Part shown: piece after piece, positions 15,968-26,420 of the stretch
How positions within the stretch are numbered: position 1 is the first letter of the stretch
How the letters are laid out: the number at the start of each line of letters is the position of its first letter
DNA from: Solirubrobacterales bacterium
GTDB lineage: Bacteria; Actinomycetota; Thermoleophilia; Solirubrobacterales; 70-9
Assembly: GCA_035556755.1 (NCBI GenBank)
Contig: DATMEP010000096.1
Coordinates: 1,110-65,109, forward strand
Length of the DNA stretch: 64,000 bases
Reading direction: 5' to 3'
Program-made: the position numbers and the translations under genes
The notes under the pieces: model-generated
The model's input: the letters and a program-made list of their open reading frames with translations, nothing else
Told to the model about the DNA's origin: nothing
The model's database searches: none

Positions 15968-16978
15968 ATGCGCGCGATGAGCGAGCGCAAGCGGGCCGAG
16001 GCTCCCCGCACCGAGAAGGAGCTGCCGGGCATCTGGAGGCTGCGGCTGCCACTGCCCTGGCCCGGGGTGCCCCACGGCAACGTCTGGGCGGTTGCCAGCG
16101 ACGGCGGCATCGTCCTCTTCGACACCGGGATCGGCGGCAAGGGGCGGCTGCGCCAGCTCGACCTCGCCCTCGCCCAGGCCGGCTTCGGGCTCGAGGACGT
16201 TCGCCTGCTCGTCTGCACCCACTCCCACACCGACCACTACGGCCTGGCGGCGCCGATCGTCGAGCGGGCAGGCTGCGAGCTTTGGATGCACCCGCGCTGG
16301 GGTCACGTCCGCCTGATGGCCGACGACCCGGCCGCGGCGCTCGAGCACCGGATCGAGGTGGCGCGGCAGAGCGGTGTCCCGGCGGCGGCGATCGACCGCT
16401 ACCGGGAGATGCGCGAAGAGGACGACGAGACCGGTATCGACGCGATCGCCGAGCCCGACCGCGACCTCGTCCCGGGCACCGAGGTCGAGACCGACCTCGG
16501 TGCCTGGCAGGTCCACGAGACCCCTGGCCACGCCCCCTCGCATGTCGTCCTGCACCAGCCGGAGCGCAAGCTGATGATCTCCGGCGACCACCTGCTCGGT
16601 CGCACGGTCCTCTTCTTCGACTACGGCCACAGCCCCGACCCGATCGGCGAATTCCTCGGCGGTCTCGACGAGATCGAGCCGCTCGACGTGGACCTGGTCC
16701 TGCCCGGCCACGGCCGCACCTTCCGCGACCCGGACGCGAAGATCGCCGAGGCTCGGCGCCAGGTCGACGGGCTGCTCGGCAAAGCGCGCGACTCGCTCGC
16801 GGAAGGCGATAAGACCGCGTTCGAGATCGTCGCCGACATCCTCGGTCCCGAGAACGTCAACTCCCCGGCCAGCGCCTGGGCACTGCAGATCGTCCTCTCC
16901 TGCCTCGACCACCTGGCGATCCGCGGTGAGGTGGCGCCGGTGCAGGGAACCGACCCGCAGCGCTGGGCGCTCCAGTAG
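15968..16978 (+). CDS. MBL-fold metallo-hydrolase
   Basis: 336 aa from the ATG at 15968 with the THSHTDHYG motif. The upstream part of track ORF 14519..16978 is antisense to ltrA and is rejected. Confidence 0.85.
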   Translation: MRAMSERKRAEAPRTEKELPGIWRLRLPLPWPGVPHGNVWAVASDGGIVLFDTGIGGKGRLRQLDLALAQAGFGLEDVRLLVCTHSHTDHYGLAAPIVERAGCELWMHPRWGHVRLMADDPAAALEHRIEVARQSGVPAAAIDRYREMREEDDETGIDAIAEPDRDLVPGTEVETDLGAWQVHETPGHAPSHVVLHQPERKLMISGDHLLGRTVLFFDYGHSPDPIGEFLGGLDEIEPLDVDLVLPGHGRTFRDPDAKIAEARRQVDGLLGKARDSLAEGDKTAFEIVADILGPENVNSPASAWALQIVLSCLDHLAIRGEVAPVQGTDPQRWALQ

Positions 16979-16989
16979 CCTCCCCGCGG

Positions 16990-17433
16990 ATGGCCAGCTT
17001 CACTCTCGTCCGGGAGATAGCCGCGCCGCCCGAGGTCGTCTTCGACGTCCTCACCGATCATCGCGGCTACTCCGACCTGACTCCGGTGCGCCGGGTCGAG
17101 CTGGAGCGCGAGGGCGAGCCGGCCCCGAACGGGGTCGGAGCGATCCGCGTTCTGCACCTGATCGGGCCGCCGCTGCGCGAGGAAGTGCTCGCCTACGAGT
17201 CGCCCAGCCGTTTCTCCTACACGGTCCTCTCCGGGCTGCCGGTCCGCGACCACGTCGGTACGGCCGAGCTGACTCCGCACGAGGGCGGCACGAAAGTCGT
17301 CTACGCGGTCCGCACGACCCCCACCGTGCCGCTCGTGGGCGCGGCCGTGGTCGCCGGCATCAAGCAGGCGATCAAGCAGCTCCTCGACGCCGTCGCCGCG
17401 GAGTCGCAGAGGCGCGTCCCGGCCGGGAGTTAA
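16990..17433 (+). CDS. SRPBCC (START/polyketide-cyclase-like) family protein
   Basis: 147 aa. The N-terminus SFTLVREIAAPPEVVFDVLTDHRGY is typical of the family. Confidence 0.7.
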   Translation: MASFTLVREIAAPPEVVFDVLTDHRGYSDLTPVRRVELEREGEPAPNGVGAIRVLHLIGPPLREEVLAYESPSRFSYTVLSGLPVRDHVGTAELTPHEGGTKVVYAVRTTPTVPLVGAAVVAGIKQAIKQLLDAVAAESQRRVPAGS

Positions 17434-17442
17434 CTGGCCCGG

Positions 17443-18210
17443 ATGGGCCGGCAGATCGACGAGCGGGAGCTGCGGCGGCGGGCAATTGACGGCGTCGGTG
17501 ACGAGGTCGAGGCGTTCGGCAGCGGGCACCCCGATTCGACGCTGATCCGGCGTGAGGGCCTGCTCGCCGCGGTGGTGCCGGCCGCCCCCCAGCGCTCGGT
17601 CTTCAACTCGGTCTTCTACGAAGACGCGGCGGTGCTGGCAGCTGAGATCGGGGCGCTCGGCGAGCTCTACGACTCGCAGGGCATCCACGCCTGGACGGTG
17701 TGGGTTCCGGACGAGGATCGCGAGACGGGCCGCTTCCTCGCCACCCGCGGGCACCTGCTGGACGCGGCGCCGCGGGCGATGGCGATGGAGCTGGCCGATC
17801 TCGCCGCCGAGCCGCCGGCACCGGCCGGGATCGAACCGCGGCCGGGCGACCATCGGACCGGAGCCGACCTCAACGACCGCGCCTACGGCTACGGGCCCGA
17901 CGGCTTCCGCGGCGCCCTCACCGGCGAGACGGCGATCCGCTGGCAGGTCGCCTACGAGGGCGAGGAGCCGGTCGGGTGCGTGGGCGCGATCGCGGTCGGC
18001 GACGACTGCTGCGTCACCGGCGTCGCGACGCCGCCTGAGTTTCAGGGGCGCGGGATCGCCGCCTGGCTGATGCGGCGGCTGCTGGCGGAAGCCCGCGACG
18101 AGGGCATGGCGACCGCGTCGCTGCAGGCGACCAAAGCGGGGGCGCCGATCTACGAACGGCTCGGCTTCGCCGACTTCGGCTTCATCGAGATGTGGGAGCT
18201 GCGCAGGTGA
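17443..18210 (+). CDS. GNAT-family N-acetyltransferase
   Basis: 255 aa with the C-terminal acetyl-CoA motif ..PEFQGRGIAAWLMRRLLAEA... Confidence 0.8.
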   Translation: MGRQIDERELRRRAIDGVGDEVEAFGSGHPDSTLIRREGLLAAVVPAAPQRSVFNSVFYEDAAVLAAEIGALGELYDSQGIHAWTVWVPDEDRETGRFLATRGHLLDAAPRAMAMELADLAAEPPAPAGIEPRPGDHRTGADLNDRAYGYGPDGFRGALTGETAIRWQVAYEGEEPVGCVGAIAVGDDCCVTGVATPPEFQGRGIAAWLMRRLLAEARDEGMATASLQATKAGAPIYERLGFADFGFIEMWELRR

Positions 18211-19574
18211 AGGAGAAGGCAAAGTGGGCGGGAGAGAAAGCGAAGCGCTTCTGGCGCGAGCACAAGCGAGCGGCAATCGGTCTGCTCGTCGCCGTGGTGC
18301 TGTTGATGGCGGGAGGGGCGACCCTCGCCTACGAGCTGCTGAAGCGCCCGCCCGACATCCACAACACCGACGTCGCCTTCACCCCGCAGAAACCGAAAGT
18401 GCAGCGGGCGAAGACGGTCGCCTGGCCGCTCTACGGCTACGATCGTCCCCGCACCCGCTACCTGCCCTCGAAACGGGTCAAGCCGCCGTTCCGCAAAACC
18501 TGGCGCTACACCGACGGACCGCTGCTCGAGTTCCCGCCCATAGTGGCGCGCGGTAAGCTCTACTTCGTCGACAACAGCGGCTGGGCGATCTCGCTCGACG
18601 CCGGCACCGGCAAGCAGCTCTGGAAGCGGCGGATCGGCCGCCTCAACGCTTCCTCGCCCGCCTACCACCGGGGGCGCCTCTACATCGTCAACCTCGTCCC
18701 GGGACACGTGCTGAAGCTCGACGCGAAGACCGGCAGGACTATCTGGAAAAGACCGCTGCCGAGCCGCGCCGAGTCCTCGCCGGTGATCGTCGGCCGCAGC
18801 CTCTACTTCGGCTGCGAGGACGGCAACCTCTACTCGCTCAGCACCCGCAACGGCAACGTGCGCTGGACGACCGGGCTCGGCGGCGCCGTCAAGGCGGCGC
18901 CCGCCTACTACGGCGGGGTCCTATACGTAGGCGACTACGGCGGCTACATGAACGCGGTCGACGCCAAGAGCGGCGAGGTGAGATGGCAGAGCGACTCGCT
19001 CGGCCAGGGCTTCGGCACCTCGGGCGCCTTCTACTCGACCCCGGCGGTCGCCTTCGGTCGCGTCTACGCCGGCAACAACGACACCCGCGTCTACAGCTTC
19101 GACCGCAAAGACGGGACGATCGCCTGGACCTACTCGACCGGCGGCTATGCCTACTCCGGGCCGGCGGTCGCCAGCACGAAGCGCACCCGTCCGACCGTCT
19201 ACATCGGCTCCTTCGACGGCAACGTCTACGCGCTCGACGCCAAGGACGGGGAGCCGCGCTGGATCCAGTCCGCGGGCGGCCAGGTGATCGGCTCGCTGAC
19301 CGCGATCGGCGACATCGTCTACGTCGCCGAGTTCAGCGACACCTCGACGACCGGCTTCTCGATGAAGAGCGGCGACGTCAAGTTCCGCTACCCGCGCGGC
19401 ACCTACACCCCGGCCGTCTCCGACGGCCGCCGCCTCTACCTGGTCGGATACTCCAGCATCACCGCGCTGGTGCCCTACAAGTACAAGGCGGCGGTGGCGG
19501 AGCGGCGGAAGGCGCCGGTGCCGAAACCCGGCCAGCTCAAACCCGAGCGCGGCAAGAAGCAGAAACGCCGCTAG
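18192..19574 (+). CDS. PQQ-like (BamB-type) beta-propeller repeat protein with an N-terminal TM anchor
   Basis: 460 aa with repeated G.LY(F/V)....G.(L/V)Y(S/A)(L/V)DA.(T/D)G...W units. An alternative GTG start at 18207 overlaps the GNAT stop (GTGA). Confidence 0.8.
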   Translation: MGAAQVKEKAKWAGEKAKRFWREHKRAAIGLLVAVVLLMAGGATLAYELLKRPPDIHNTDVAFTPQKPKVQRAKTVAWPLYGYDRPRTRYLPSKRVKPPFRKTWRYTDGPLLEFPPIVARGKLYFVDNSGWAISLDAGTGKQLWKRRIGRLNASSPAYHRGRLYIVNLVPGHVLKLDAKTGRTIWKRPLPSRAESSPVIVGRSLYFGCEDGNLYSLSTRNGNVRWTTGLGGAVKAAPAYYGGVLYVGDYGGYMNAVDAKSGEVRWQSDSLGQGFGTSGAFYSTPAVAFGRVYAGNNDTRVYSFDRKDGTIAWTYSTGGYAYSGPAVASTKRTRPTVYIGSFDGNVYALDAKDGEPRWIQSAGGQVIGSLTAIGDIVYVAEFSDTSTTGFSMKSGDVKFRYPRGTYTPAVSDGRRLYLVGYSSITALVPYKYKAAVAERRKAPVPKPGQLKPERGKKQKRR

Positions 19575-20647
19575 CGCAGCTTCGGCGCCAGCCCGCCCGG
19601 CGGGGGCGGCGGCGCCTTCGGCGGGAAGGGTGCGTAGGAGGGGATGCGCGGGTGGTGGAGCCAGTCCTTCAGCACTGCCAGGCTGGCGGGGTAGTTCTGC
19701 AGCCGGTAGCTGCTGGTCGAGCCGAAGTCCTGGTAGTAGACGAGCATCTTGCAGCGGCGGTGGCGGTCGACCCAGGTCAGCAGGCGGCTGACGAAGCCGG
19801 GGTCGTCGCCGCTGGAGACGCCCCACTCGGGCAGCGCGAAGGGCTTGTCGTCGAAGCGGCGGTAGAGGCCTGCAAGCGCCTTCCAGTCCTGGTTGTCGGA
19901 GTAGACGTCGGTACCGACCCAGTCGACCCAATCGTCGCCGGGGTAGAAGTGGCGCGGCCGGTTCTGGGGGACGGTCGGCGAGCCGGCGGGCAGGGTGCTC
20001 CAGAGCACCGCGACCGGCGCCTTCGGCAAACCGCGGACACCGCTCTGCAGCGGCGGCAGTCCGGCTTCGGCGAGGCGGGTGTCGATCTGCCGCCGCTTGC
20101 CACCGCCGTGGACGATCACGTAGATCCGGCGGAAGGCGCGTTTGTACTGGCGGGGGCTGTGGGCCGGGTCGCGCCTGTTGCCGGCGCAGTCGTAGGAGGC
20201 GTAGACGTTGATGCAGCGGTTCGGCTCGCCGAGCGGGCGGATGTAGGCCCGCATCTTCTTCTCCCAGAACAGCCGGTTGAGCCGGACCAGGTAGCCGTCG
20301 CCGCCGCCCTGCGCGATCCCGGCCGGGGTGATCAGCTCGTGCCCGTCGTTGTTGTCGGCGGTGGTGATGTGGAGCATCGGCCGCGTTCGTGCCTCCTGCC
20401 AGCGTTCGATCGACTCCGGGAAGTCGGTCCCCCAGGTGCGGAAGGTCTGGATCACCGCCGGGTGTTTGTCCATCGCTTCGCTGAAGCCGCCGAAGTCAGC
20501 CGGGTCGCCGGTGTCGGAGATGCCGAAGAAGATTTTCTTTCCGCGCGGCTCCAGCGTGTCCGCCGTGGCGGGGAGCGCGGCGACAAGGCAGAACGCTACC
20601 GCGGCGCAGAGTGCGCCGAGCTTGGTCGTCTTGAGTGCGCAGATCAT
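19571..20647 (-). CDS. Secreted glycoside-hydrolase-like protein (GH26-like; function uncertain)
   Basis: 358 aa with a signal peptide (..LVAALPATA). It has a TIM-barrel-hydrolase-like pattern (..YIRPLGEPN.., ..ALPEWGV..). The family assignment is weak. Confidence 0.45.
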   Translation of the reverse strand: MICALKTTKLGALCAAVAFCLVAALPATADTLEPRGKKIFFGISDTGDPADFGGFSEAMDKHPAVIQTFRTWGTDFPESIERWQEARTRPMLHITTADNNDGHELITPAGIAQGGGDGYLVRLNRLFWEKKMRAYIRPLGEPNRCINVYASYDCAGNRRDPAHSPRQYKRAFRRIYVIVHGGGKRRQIDTRLAEAGLPPLQSGVRGLPKAPVAVLWSTLPAGSPTVPQNRPRHFYPGDDWVDWVGTDVYSDNQDWKALAGLYRRFDDKPFALPEWGVSSGDDPGFVSRLLTWVDRHRRCKMLVYYQDFGSTSSYRLQNYPASLAVLKDWLHHPRIPSYAPFPPKAPPPPPGGLAPKLR

Positions 20648-20777
20648 CCGGGTGTCCTTCGACCGTTGGCCTTTCCTCCCTTCGACAACACGATTGCGAA
20701 GTCAGCGATGCCTGTTGCATAAACGGTTTCGACCGGACGAATACGGGGATTAACAGGGAGTCAGCAATCGGGGAGGA

Positions 20778-21056
20778 GTGATGTCAACTCTTGCGATCAT
20801 CGCCATCGTCATCGGCGTCCTGATCGTCTTAGCGATCGTGATCTCGGCGGCTCGCCGGGCCAGCCACCGCCGCGAGTTCCAGCAGGTGCAGACGGAGGCC
20901 CAGCACGACGACGCGCATCACCACCGTGAGCGCGCGGAGGAGAGCCGCACCGAGGCCGCAATCGCCGAGGAGCGAGCAAAGCGGGCGCAGGTCGAGGCAG
21001 AGCTCGACGAGGAACGCGCCACCCGGCGCGAGCAAGAGTTGGAAAGCGAACGCTAA
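20778..21056 (+). CDS. Small membrane-anchored charged protein
   Basis: 92 aa. An N-terminal TM (LAIIAIVIGVLIVLAIVI) is followed by an E/R/A-rich helix. Confidence 0.5.
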   Translation: MMSTLAIIAIVIGVLIVLAIVISAARRASHRREFQQVQTEAQHDDAHHHRERAEESRTEAAIAEERAKRAQVEAELDEERATRREQELESER

Positions 21057-21072
21057 CCAAGGAGGAAGAAGG

Positions 21073-21627
21073 ATGGCTCAGGCCAAAACCCGAGCCTCGT
21101 CGAAACGCTCCGGGGGTTCCAAAAAAACCCAGGCGCGGTCCCGAGGCTCAACGAACAAATCGAAACGTTCGTCGAGCAGCAAATCGAAAAGCTCGTCGAG
21201 CCCCAAATCGCAAAGCTCGCCGAGCAAATCCAACGGCACCGCGCGCGTCGATGCCGCGAGGCAGGCGGTCGAGCACACGGCCAAGGACGCCGGCCACGCG
21301 GTCGGCCGGGCCGCGACCAAGGCCAAAGTGCCGCTGATGACCGGCGGGGCGGCCCTGGCCGGCGCTGCCGGGGGGGTGGCGCTCGGCATGCGCCAGGCTC
21401 GCCGGCACAGGAAGGTCGGGATGGTGATCCCGCGCCGGCCGCAGGTGAAGGTCAAGTCGCGTGACCTCGCCAAGGCGGCGAAAGAGGTCGGCTCGTTCGG
21501 TGCCCAGATGGGCCACCTCGCGTCGGAGCTGCAGCAGGCCCGCGAGGGGGCGAACGGCAGCAAGCAGCATCGCTCGCCGCTCGAGGTCGTCCTCGAGGGG
21601 CTCACCGCGAGGCGTTCGCGCGCCTAG
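21073..21627 (+). CDS. Ser/Lys-rich hypothetical protein with a central hydrophobic segment
   Basis: 184 aa from the ATG at 21073 (GGAGGAAGAAGG upstream). The N-terminus is low-complexity (SKRSSSSKSKSSSSPKS). Confidence 0.5.
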   Translation: MAQAKTRASSKRSGGSKKTQARSRGSTNKSKRSSSSKSKSSSSPKSQSSPSKSNGTARVDAARQAVEHTAKDAGHAVGRAATKAKVPLMTGGAALAGAAGGVALGMRQARRHRKVGMVIPRRPQVKVKSRDLAKAAKEVGSFGAQMGHLASELQQAREGANGSKQHRSPLEVVLEGLTARRSRA

Positions 21628-23201
21628 CTCGGTCCTCGAGATTGGGGAGGCGCGAGCGGGAGCGCGCCGTCTCCGCCGTTCGAGCCGGCGACGATCCCCA
21701 GTACCTCGTCGGCGTACTTGGCGACGAAGCTGGGTCCGACGCCGCGGATCGCCTGGAGCGCGTCGGGATTGCCGGGGCGGGAAGCCACGATCGCTTCGAG
21801 CGTGGAGTTGTGGGCGACCGTGTAGGCCGGCTTGCCGTCGGCGGCACGCAGTCGCCACGCCTTCAGTTCCTCGAAGAGCGGCGCGTCGGCGGGGGAGAGC
21901 TCGGGTGCCGGTGCAGCGCTCTTGCGGCGCTTCGGCCTCACGGCGATCGTCTCGGGGTCGGGAAGCCAGCGCTCGGGGTCGCAGATGTCGCAGCAGCGGC
22001 CCAGCGGCTGCCCGGCGGCGCTGTCGCTGAAGTGGTCGAGCACGCTGCGCCGCCGGCAGCGGTCCGAGTAGATGAACGATTTGATCGTACGGTAGTCGCG
22101 CCAGCCGCGCTCGCGGGCGATCGCCAGCTCAGGGTCGCCGGCACGCTGTTCGTTGAAGCGGACCAGGCGGCCCAGGTCGGCGCGCATCGCCAGCAGCACC
22201 GCTTTCGCGTCGGCCCCGTCGCGACCGGCGCGTCCCGCCTCCTGGTAGTAGGCCTCGAGGCTGGTCGGGATCGCCATGTGCCAGACCGAGCGCACGTTGG
22301 CCTTGTCGACGCCCATCCCGAAGGCGTTGGTGGCGACGACGACCTCGACCTCGCCGTCCATGAAGCGCCGCTGCGCGGTGCCGCGGTCCTCGGCCTCCAT
22401 CCCGGCGTGATAGGGGACGGTGGGCAGGCCGGAGTCCCGCAGCGCGGCGGCGATCTCGTCGGTGTCCTTGCGGGTGCCGCAGTAGACGATCGCCGGGCGG
22501 TTCGCCGGGTCGGCCAGCCCGGCCTCGAGCAGCGCCAGCCGCCGCGCCTTCGACCCGGTCCCTTCCAGCCGCACGACGTCGAAGGAGAGGTTGGGCCGGT
22601 CGAAGCCCGAGCGCACCTGCAGCGGGTCGCGCATCTCGAAGCGGGCGGCAATCTCGCGGGCGACCGCCTCGGTCGCGGTGGCGGTGCAGGCCATCACCGT
22701 CGGCCGCCCGAGCCGCTCGGCGATCTGCGGCAGGCGCAGGTAGTCGGGGCGAAAGTCGTGACCCCACTCCGAAACGCAGTGCGCCTCGTCGACCGCGAGC
22801 AGGTCGATGCGCCGCTTCGCGATCGCGTCGAGGAAGATCTGCGAGCCGAACCGCTCCGGCGAGCAGTAGACGATCCGCGCCTCGCCGCCGGCGACCTGCG
22901 CCAGGGCGCGGCGCACCTCCTCCCACTCCATCGCCGAGGTCACCATCGCGACCGGGTGCCCCGCCGCCGTCAGCCGCCGCCACTGGTCGTTCATCAACGC
23001 GATCAGCGGGCTGACGACGATGGTCAGATCCTCCGAGGCCAGTCCCGGCAGCTGGTAGCAGAGGCTCTTGCCGCCGCCGGTCGGCATCACGATCAGCGAG
23101 TCGCGACCGGCCATCGCCGCCTCGACCGCCTCGCGCTGGCCCGGCCGGAAGGCCTCGAACCCGAGCTGCGCCAGCAGCGCGTTGGCGCGGCCTGCGCTCA
23201 C
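21624..23201 (-). CDS. recQ: ATP-dependent DNA helicase RecQ
   Basis: 525 aa from the GTG at 23201. Motifs are TGGGKSLCYQLP, DEAHCVSEWGHDFRPDY, a Zn-binding Cys cluster and a C-terminal HRDC-like region. The start overlaps the zwf stop (GTGA). Confidence 0.9.
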   Translation of the reverse strand: MSAGRANALLAQLGFEAFRPGQREAVEAAMAGRDSLIVMPTGGGKSLCYQLPGLASEDLTIVVSPLIALMNDQWRRLTAAGHPVAMVTSAMEWEEVRRALAQVAGGEARIVYCSPERFGSQIFLDAIAKRRIDLLAVDEAHCVSEWGHDFRPDYLRLPQIAERLGRPTVMACTATATEAVAREIAARFEMRDPLQVRSGFDRPNLSFDVVRLEGTGSKARRLALLEAGLADPANRPAIVYCGTRKDTDEIAAALRDSGLPTVPYHAGMEAEDRGTAQRRFMDGEVEVVVATNAFGMGVDKANVRSVWHMAIPTSLEAYYQEAGRAGRDGADAKAVLLAMRADLGRLVRFNEQRAGDPELAIARERGWRDYRTIKSFIYSDRCRRRSVLDHFSDSAAGQPLGRCCDICDPERWLPDPETIAVRPKRRKSAAPAPELSPADAPLFEELKAWRLRAADGKPAYTVAHNSTLEAIVASRPGNPDALQAIRGVGPSFVAKYADEVLGIVAGSNGGDGALPLAPPQSRGPS

Positions 23202-24637
23202 GCGGGCCGCGCCGACGGCCAGGGATCGAGCCACTGGCAGATGCCGCGGGTCAGCCTCTCGGCCTCCTTCGGCCCCCAGGTCCCCGGCTCGTACGGGTGC
23301 ACCGGTCCCGGCTCGTCGAGCAGCGGCTGCACGATCCGCCAGGTCTCCTCGACCGTGTCCTCGCGGGTGAACAGCTGGCTGCGCCCGTGCAGGGCGTCGT
23401 CGAGCAGCCGCTCGTAGGGCTCGGGCTCCTCGCCCGGCTCTTTCTCGAAGAGCACTTCGAGGTCGGCCGGCTCGAACGCCTCCTCGCCCGCCTTCTTGGC
23501 GAGGAAGCGCAGACGGGCGCCCGGCTCCGGGTCGATCCGGATCGTCATCTGGTTCTGGCCGGGGCGCTTGCCGCTGCCGACGCCGAGCGGGGGCGGCCGC
23601 TTGAAGACGACGTTCACCTCGGTCTCCTTCGTCGGCATCGCCTTGCCCGCCCTGACGAAGAAGGGGACGCCGCTCCAGCGCCAGTTCTCGATCTCCAGCT
23701 CCAGCGCCGCGTAGGTCTCGGTGGTCGAGTCCGCCGCCACCCCGTCCACTTCGCGGTAGCCGTCGTACTGGCCGCGGACGTAGTGCTTCGGATCGGCGCT
23801 GCACACCGCCTTGAACAGCTCCAGCTTCTTGTCGCGGATCGAGTCGTGGTGGTTTCCGGCCGCCGGCGGCTCCATCGCGACCAGCGCCAGCACCTGGAGG
23901 ATGTGGTTCTGGACGACGTCGCGCATGGTCCCGACCGGGTCGTAGAAGCGGCCGCGGTCGTCGACGCCGAAGTTCTCGGCCATCGTCATCTGCACGAAGG
24001 CGACGTGCTCGCGGTTCCAGACCGGCTCCAGCAGCGAGTTGGCGAAGCGCAGGTAGGCGATGTCCATCACCGGCTCCTTGCCGAGGAAGTGGTCGATCCG
24101 CAGGATCTGGTCCTCCTCGAGCACCTCGTGCAGCTCTGCGTTGAGCGCCCGCGCCGACTCGAGGTCGTGGCCGAACGGCTTCTCGATCACCACCCGCGCG
24201 TTCTCGGTCAGGCCGGCGGCCCCGAGTCCCTGGACGACGGTGGCGAACAGGAAGGGGGGGACCTCGAGGTAGAAGACCGGGCGCTTCGCCTCGCCGATCG
24301 CCTCGCCGACCCGCCTGAACGTGTCGGCGTCGGAGTAGTCGCCCTGGACGTAGGAGATGCGGGCCGCCAGGCGGCCGAAGACGTCCTCGTCGGGATTCTC
24401 GATCGTCGCGGCGATCGAGTCGCGGGCGTGCTCGCGCAGCTGCTCGACGCTCCACTCGTCGATCGCGACGCCGACGATCGGGCAATCGAGCTTGCCGCGT
24501 GCCTCCAACCGGTAGAGCGCGCGGAAGGTCATTTTCTTCGCCAGGTCGCCCGTGATGCCGAAGATCGTCAGCACATCGGCCGCCGCCCCACCGTTCTTCT
24601 GTGCCGCCGCGCTGGCCATCGCGGCCAGGCTATCCAA
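23198..24637 (-). CDS. zwf: Glucose-6-phosphate 1-dehydrogenase
   Basis: 479 aa with GITGDLAKK and RIDHFLGKE signatures. Confidence 0.95.
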   Translation of the reverse strand: MDSLAAMASAAAQKNGGAAADVLTIFGITGDLAKKMTFRALYRLEARGKLDCPIVGVAIDEWSVEQLREHARDSIAATIENPDEDVFGRLAARISYVQGDYSDADTFRRVGEAIGEAKRPVFYLEVPPFLFATVVQGLGAAGLTENARVVIEKPFGHDLESARALNAELHEVLEEDQILRIDHFLGKEPVMDIAYLRFANSLLEPVWNREHVAFVQMTMAENFGVDDRGRFYDPVGTMRDVVQNHILQVLALVAMEPPAAGNHHDSIRDKKLELFKAVCSADPKHYVRGQYDGYREVDGVAADSTTETYAALELEIENWRWSGVPFFVRAGKAMPTKETEVNVVFKRPPPLGVGSGKRPGQNQMTIRIDPEPGARLRFLAKKAGEEAFEPADLEVLFEKEPGEEPEPYERLLDDALHGRSQLFTREDTVEETWRIVQPLLDEPGPVHPYEPGTWGPKEAERLTRGICQWLDPWPSARPA

Positions 24638-24702
24638 GCGGCTAGATGGCCGACCAATGTCCGTCTACCCGGGAGGGGGCCGACCATCTAGGGTTAGGGC
24701 GG

Positions 24703-25719
24703 ATGGAGCTCGGCATCGTCGGACTCGGCCGCATGGGAGCCAACATGGCCCGCCGCCTGATGCGCGACGGCCACCGCTGCGTCGTCTACGACGTCAACCC
24801 CAACGCGATCTCCGAGCTGCAGGGCGAGGGCGCCGAGGGCGCGGAATCGCTCTCCGACCTCGCCTCGAAGCTGACCCATCCGCGCACCGTCTGGGTGATG
24901 GTGCCGGCGGGGGAGATCACCGAGGCGACCATCGCCGACGTCAGCGCGGTGCTGAAGGCGGGCGACGCGATCGTCGACGGCGGCAACTCCTACTACCGCG
25001 ACGACATCCGCCGCGCCGGGGTGCTGCGCGAACACGGGATCGACTTCGTCGACTGCGGGACCAGCGGCGGCGTCTTCGGGCTGGAGCGCGGCTACTGCCT
25101 GATGATCGGCGGCCCCGACAGGGCGGTGCAGCGGCTCGACCCGATCTTCGTCTCGCTCGCGCCGGGGGCGGATACGGCGGAGCGCACGCCGGGTCGCTCC
25201 GGCGAGCTCTCACCGTCCGAGCAGGGCTACCTGCACTGCGGCCCGAACGGGGCCGGGCACTTCGTGAAGATGGTCCACAACGGGATCGAGTACGGGTTGA
25301 TGGCCGCCTACGCCGAGGGGCTCAACATCATCCGCAACGCCAACGCCGGCAAGGTCGAGCGCGAGGCCGACGCCGAGACCGCCCCACTCGAGCAGCCCGA
25401 GTACTACCAGTACGACATCGACATCCCCGAGGTGGCCGAGGTCTGGCGGCGCGGCAGCGTGGTCGGCTCCTGGCTGCTCGACCTGACCGCGGCGGCGCTG
25501 CAGGAATCGCCCGACCTCTCGGAGTTCTCCGGCCGCGTCTCCGACTCCGGCGAGGGGCGCTGGACTTCGATCGCGGCGATCGACGAGGGGGTACCGGCGC
25601 CGGTCCTGACCACCGCGCTGTACGAGCGCTTCGCCTCACGCGGCCTCGACGACTTCGCCGACAAGGTGCTCTCGGCGATGCGCAAGCAGTTCGGCGGCCA
25701 CGACGAGAAGACGTCTTGA
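24703..25719 (+). CDS. gnd: 6-phosphogluconate dehydrogenase (decarboxylating), short form
   Basis: 338 aa from the ATG at 24703, MELGIVGLGRMGANMARRL.. The track ORF begins 57 nt earlier. Confidence 0.9.
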   Translation: MELGIVGLGRMGANMARRLMRDGHRCVVYDVNPNAISELQGEGAEGAESLSDLASKLTHPRTVWVMVPAGEITEATIADVSAVLKAGDAIVDGGNSYYRDDIRRAGVLREHGIDFVDCGTSGGVFGLERGYCLMIGGPDRAVQRLDPIFVSLAPGADTAERTPGRSGELSPSEQGYLHCGPNGAGHFVKMVHNGIEYGLMAAYAEGLNIIRNANAGKVEREADAETAPLEQPEYYQYDIDIPEVAEVWRRGSVVGSWLLDLTAAALQESPDLSEFSGRVSDSGEGRWTSIAAIDEGVPAPVLTTALYERFASRGLDDFADKVLSAMRKQFGGHDEKTS

Positions 25720-26399
25720 GCCCACGGCTCGAGGTCGTCGCCGACGAGAAGGCGGCGGCGCGGCGCGGCGCCGAGCTGATCGCCGCGGCGGGCGAGGCGG
25801 CGGTCGCCGACCGGAACATCTTCTCGGCGGCGATGAGCGGCGGCCGCACCCCCTGGGCGATGCTGGCGATGCTCAGCGACACAGAGCAGATGCCCTGGCC
25901 GAACACCGAGCTGTTCCAGGTCGACGAGCGGATCGCCGCGCCCGGCAGCGAGGACCGCAACCTCACCCACCTCATCCTCGGCCTCTCGCTCGACCACCAG
26001 TCCTCGCTGCGGCCGATGCCGGTGACACAGCGCGACCTCGACGCCGCCGCCCGCGAATACGAATCGTCGCTGCCGGAGCGAATCGACCTTGTCCACCTCG
26101 GCCTCGGGCCCGACGGCCACACCGCGTCGCTGATCCCCGGCGACCCGGTCCTCGACGTCACCGACCGCCGCGTCGCCGTCACCGAGGACGCCTACCAGGA
26201 CCACCGCCGCATGACCCTTACCTACCCCGCCCTCGCCGAGGCCGGCCGGATCCTCTGGCTGGTCACGGGCGAGAAGAAGCGCGAGGCGCTCGCCAAGCTC
26301 CTCGCCGGCGACCGCTCGATCCCCGCCGGCCGCGTCGAGAACGACGAGATGATCGTCGTCGCCGACGAGGCCGCCGCGGGCGACCTAAGCCAGCGTTAG
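25716..26399 (+). CDS. pgl: 6-phosphogluconolactonase
   Basis: 227 aa with MSGGRTP and LGLGPDGHTASL motifs. The TTG start overlaps the gnd stop (TTGA). Confidence 0.9.
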   Translation: MSPRLEVVADEKAAARRGAELIAAAGEAAVADRNIFSAAMSGGRTPWAMLAMLSDTEQMPWPNTELFQVDERIAAPGSEDRNLTHLILGLSLDHQSSLRPMPVTQRDLDAAAREYESSLPERIDLVHLGLGPDGHTASLIPGDPVLDVTDRRVAVTEDAYQDHRRMTLTYPALAEAGRILWLVTGEKKREALAKLLAGDRSIPAGRVENDEMIVVADEAAAGDLSQR

Positions 26400-26420
26400 C
26401 GAATTCGCTAACATCCACGC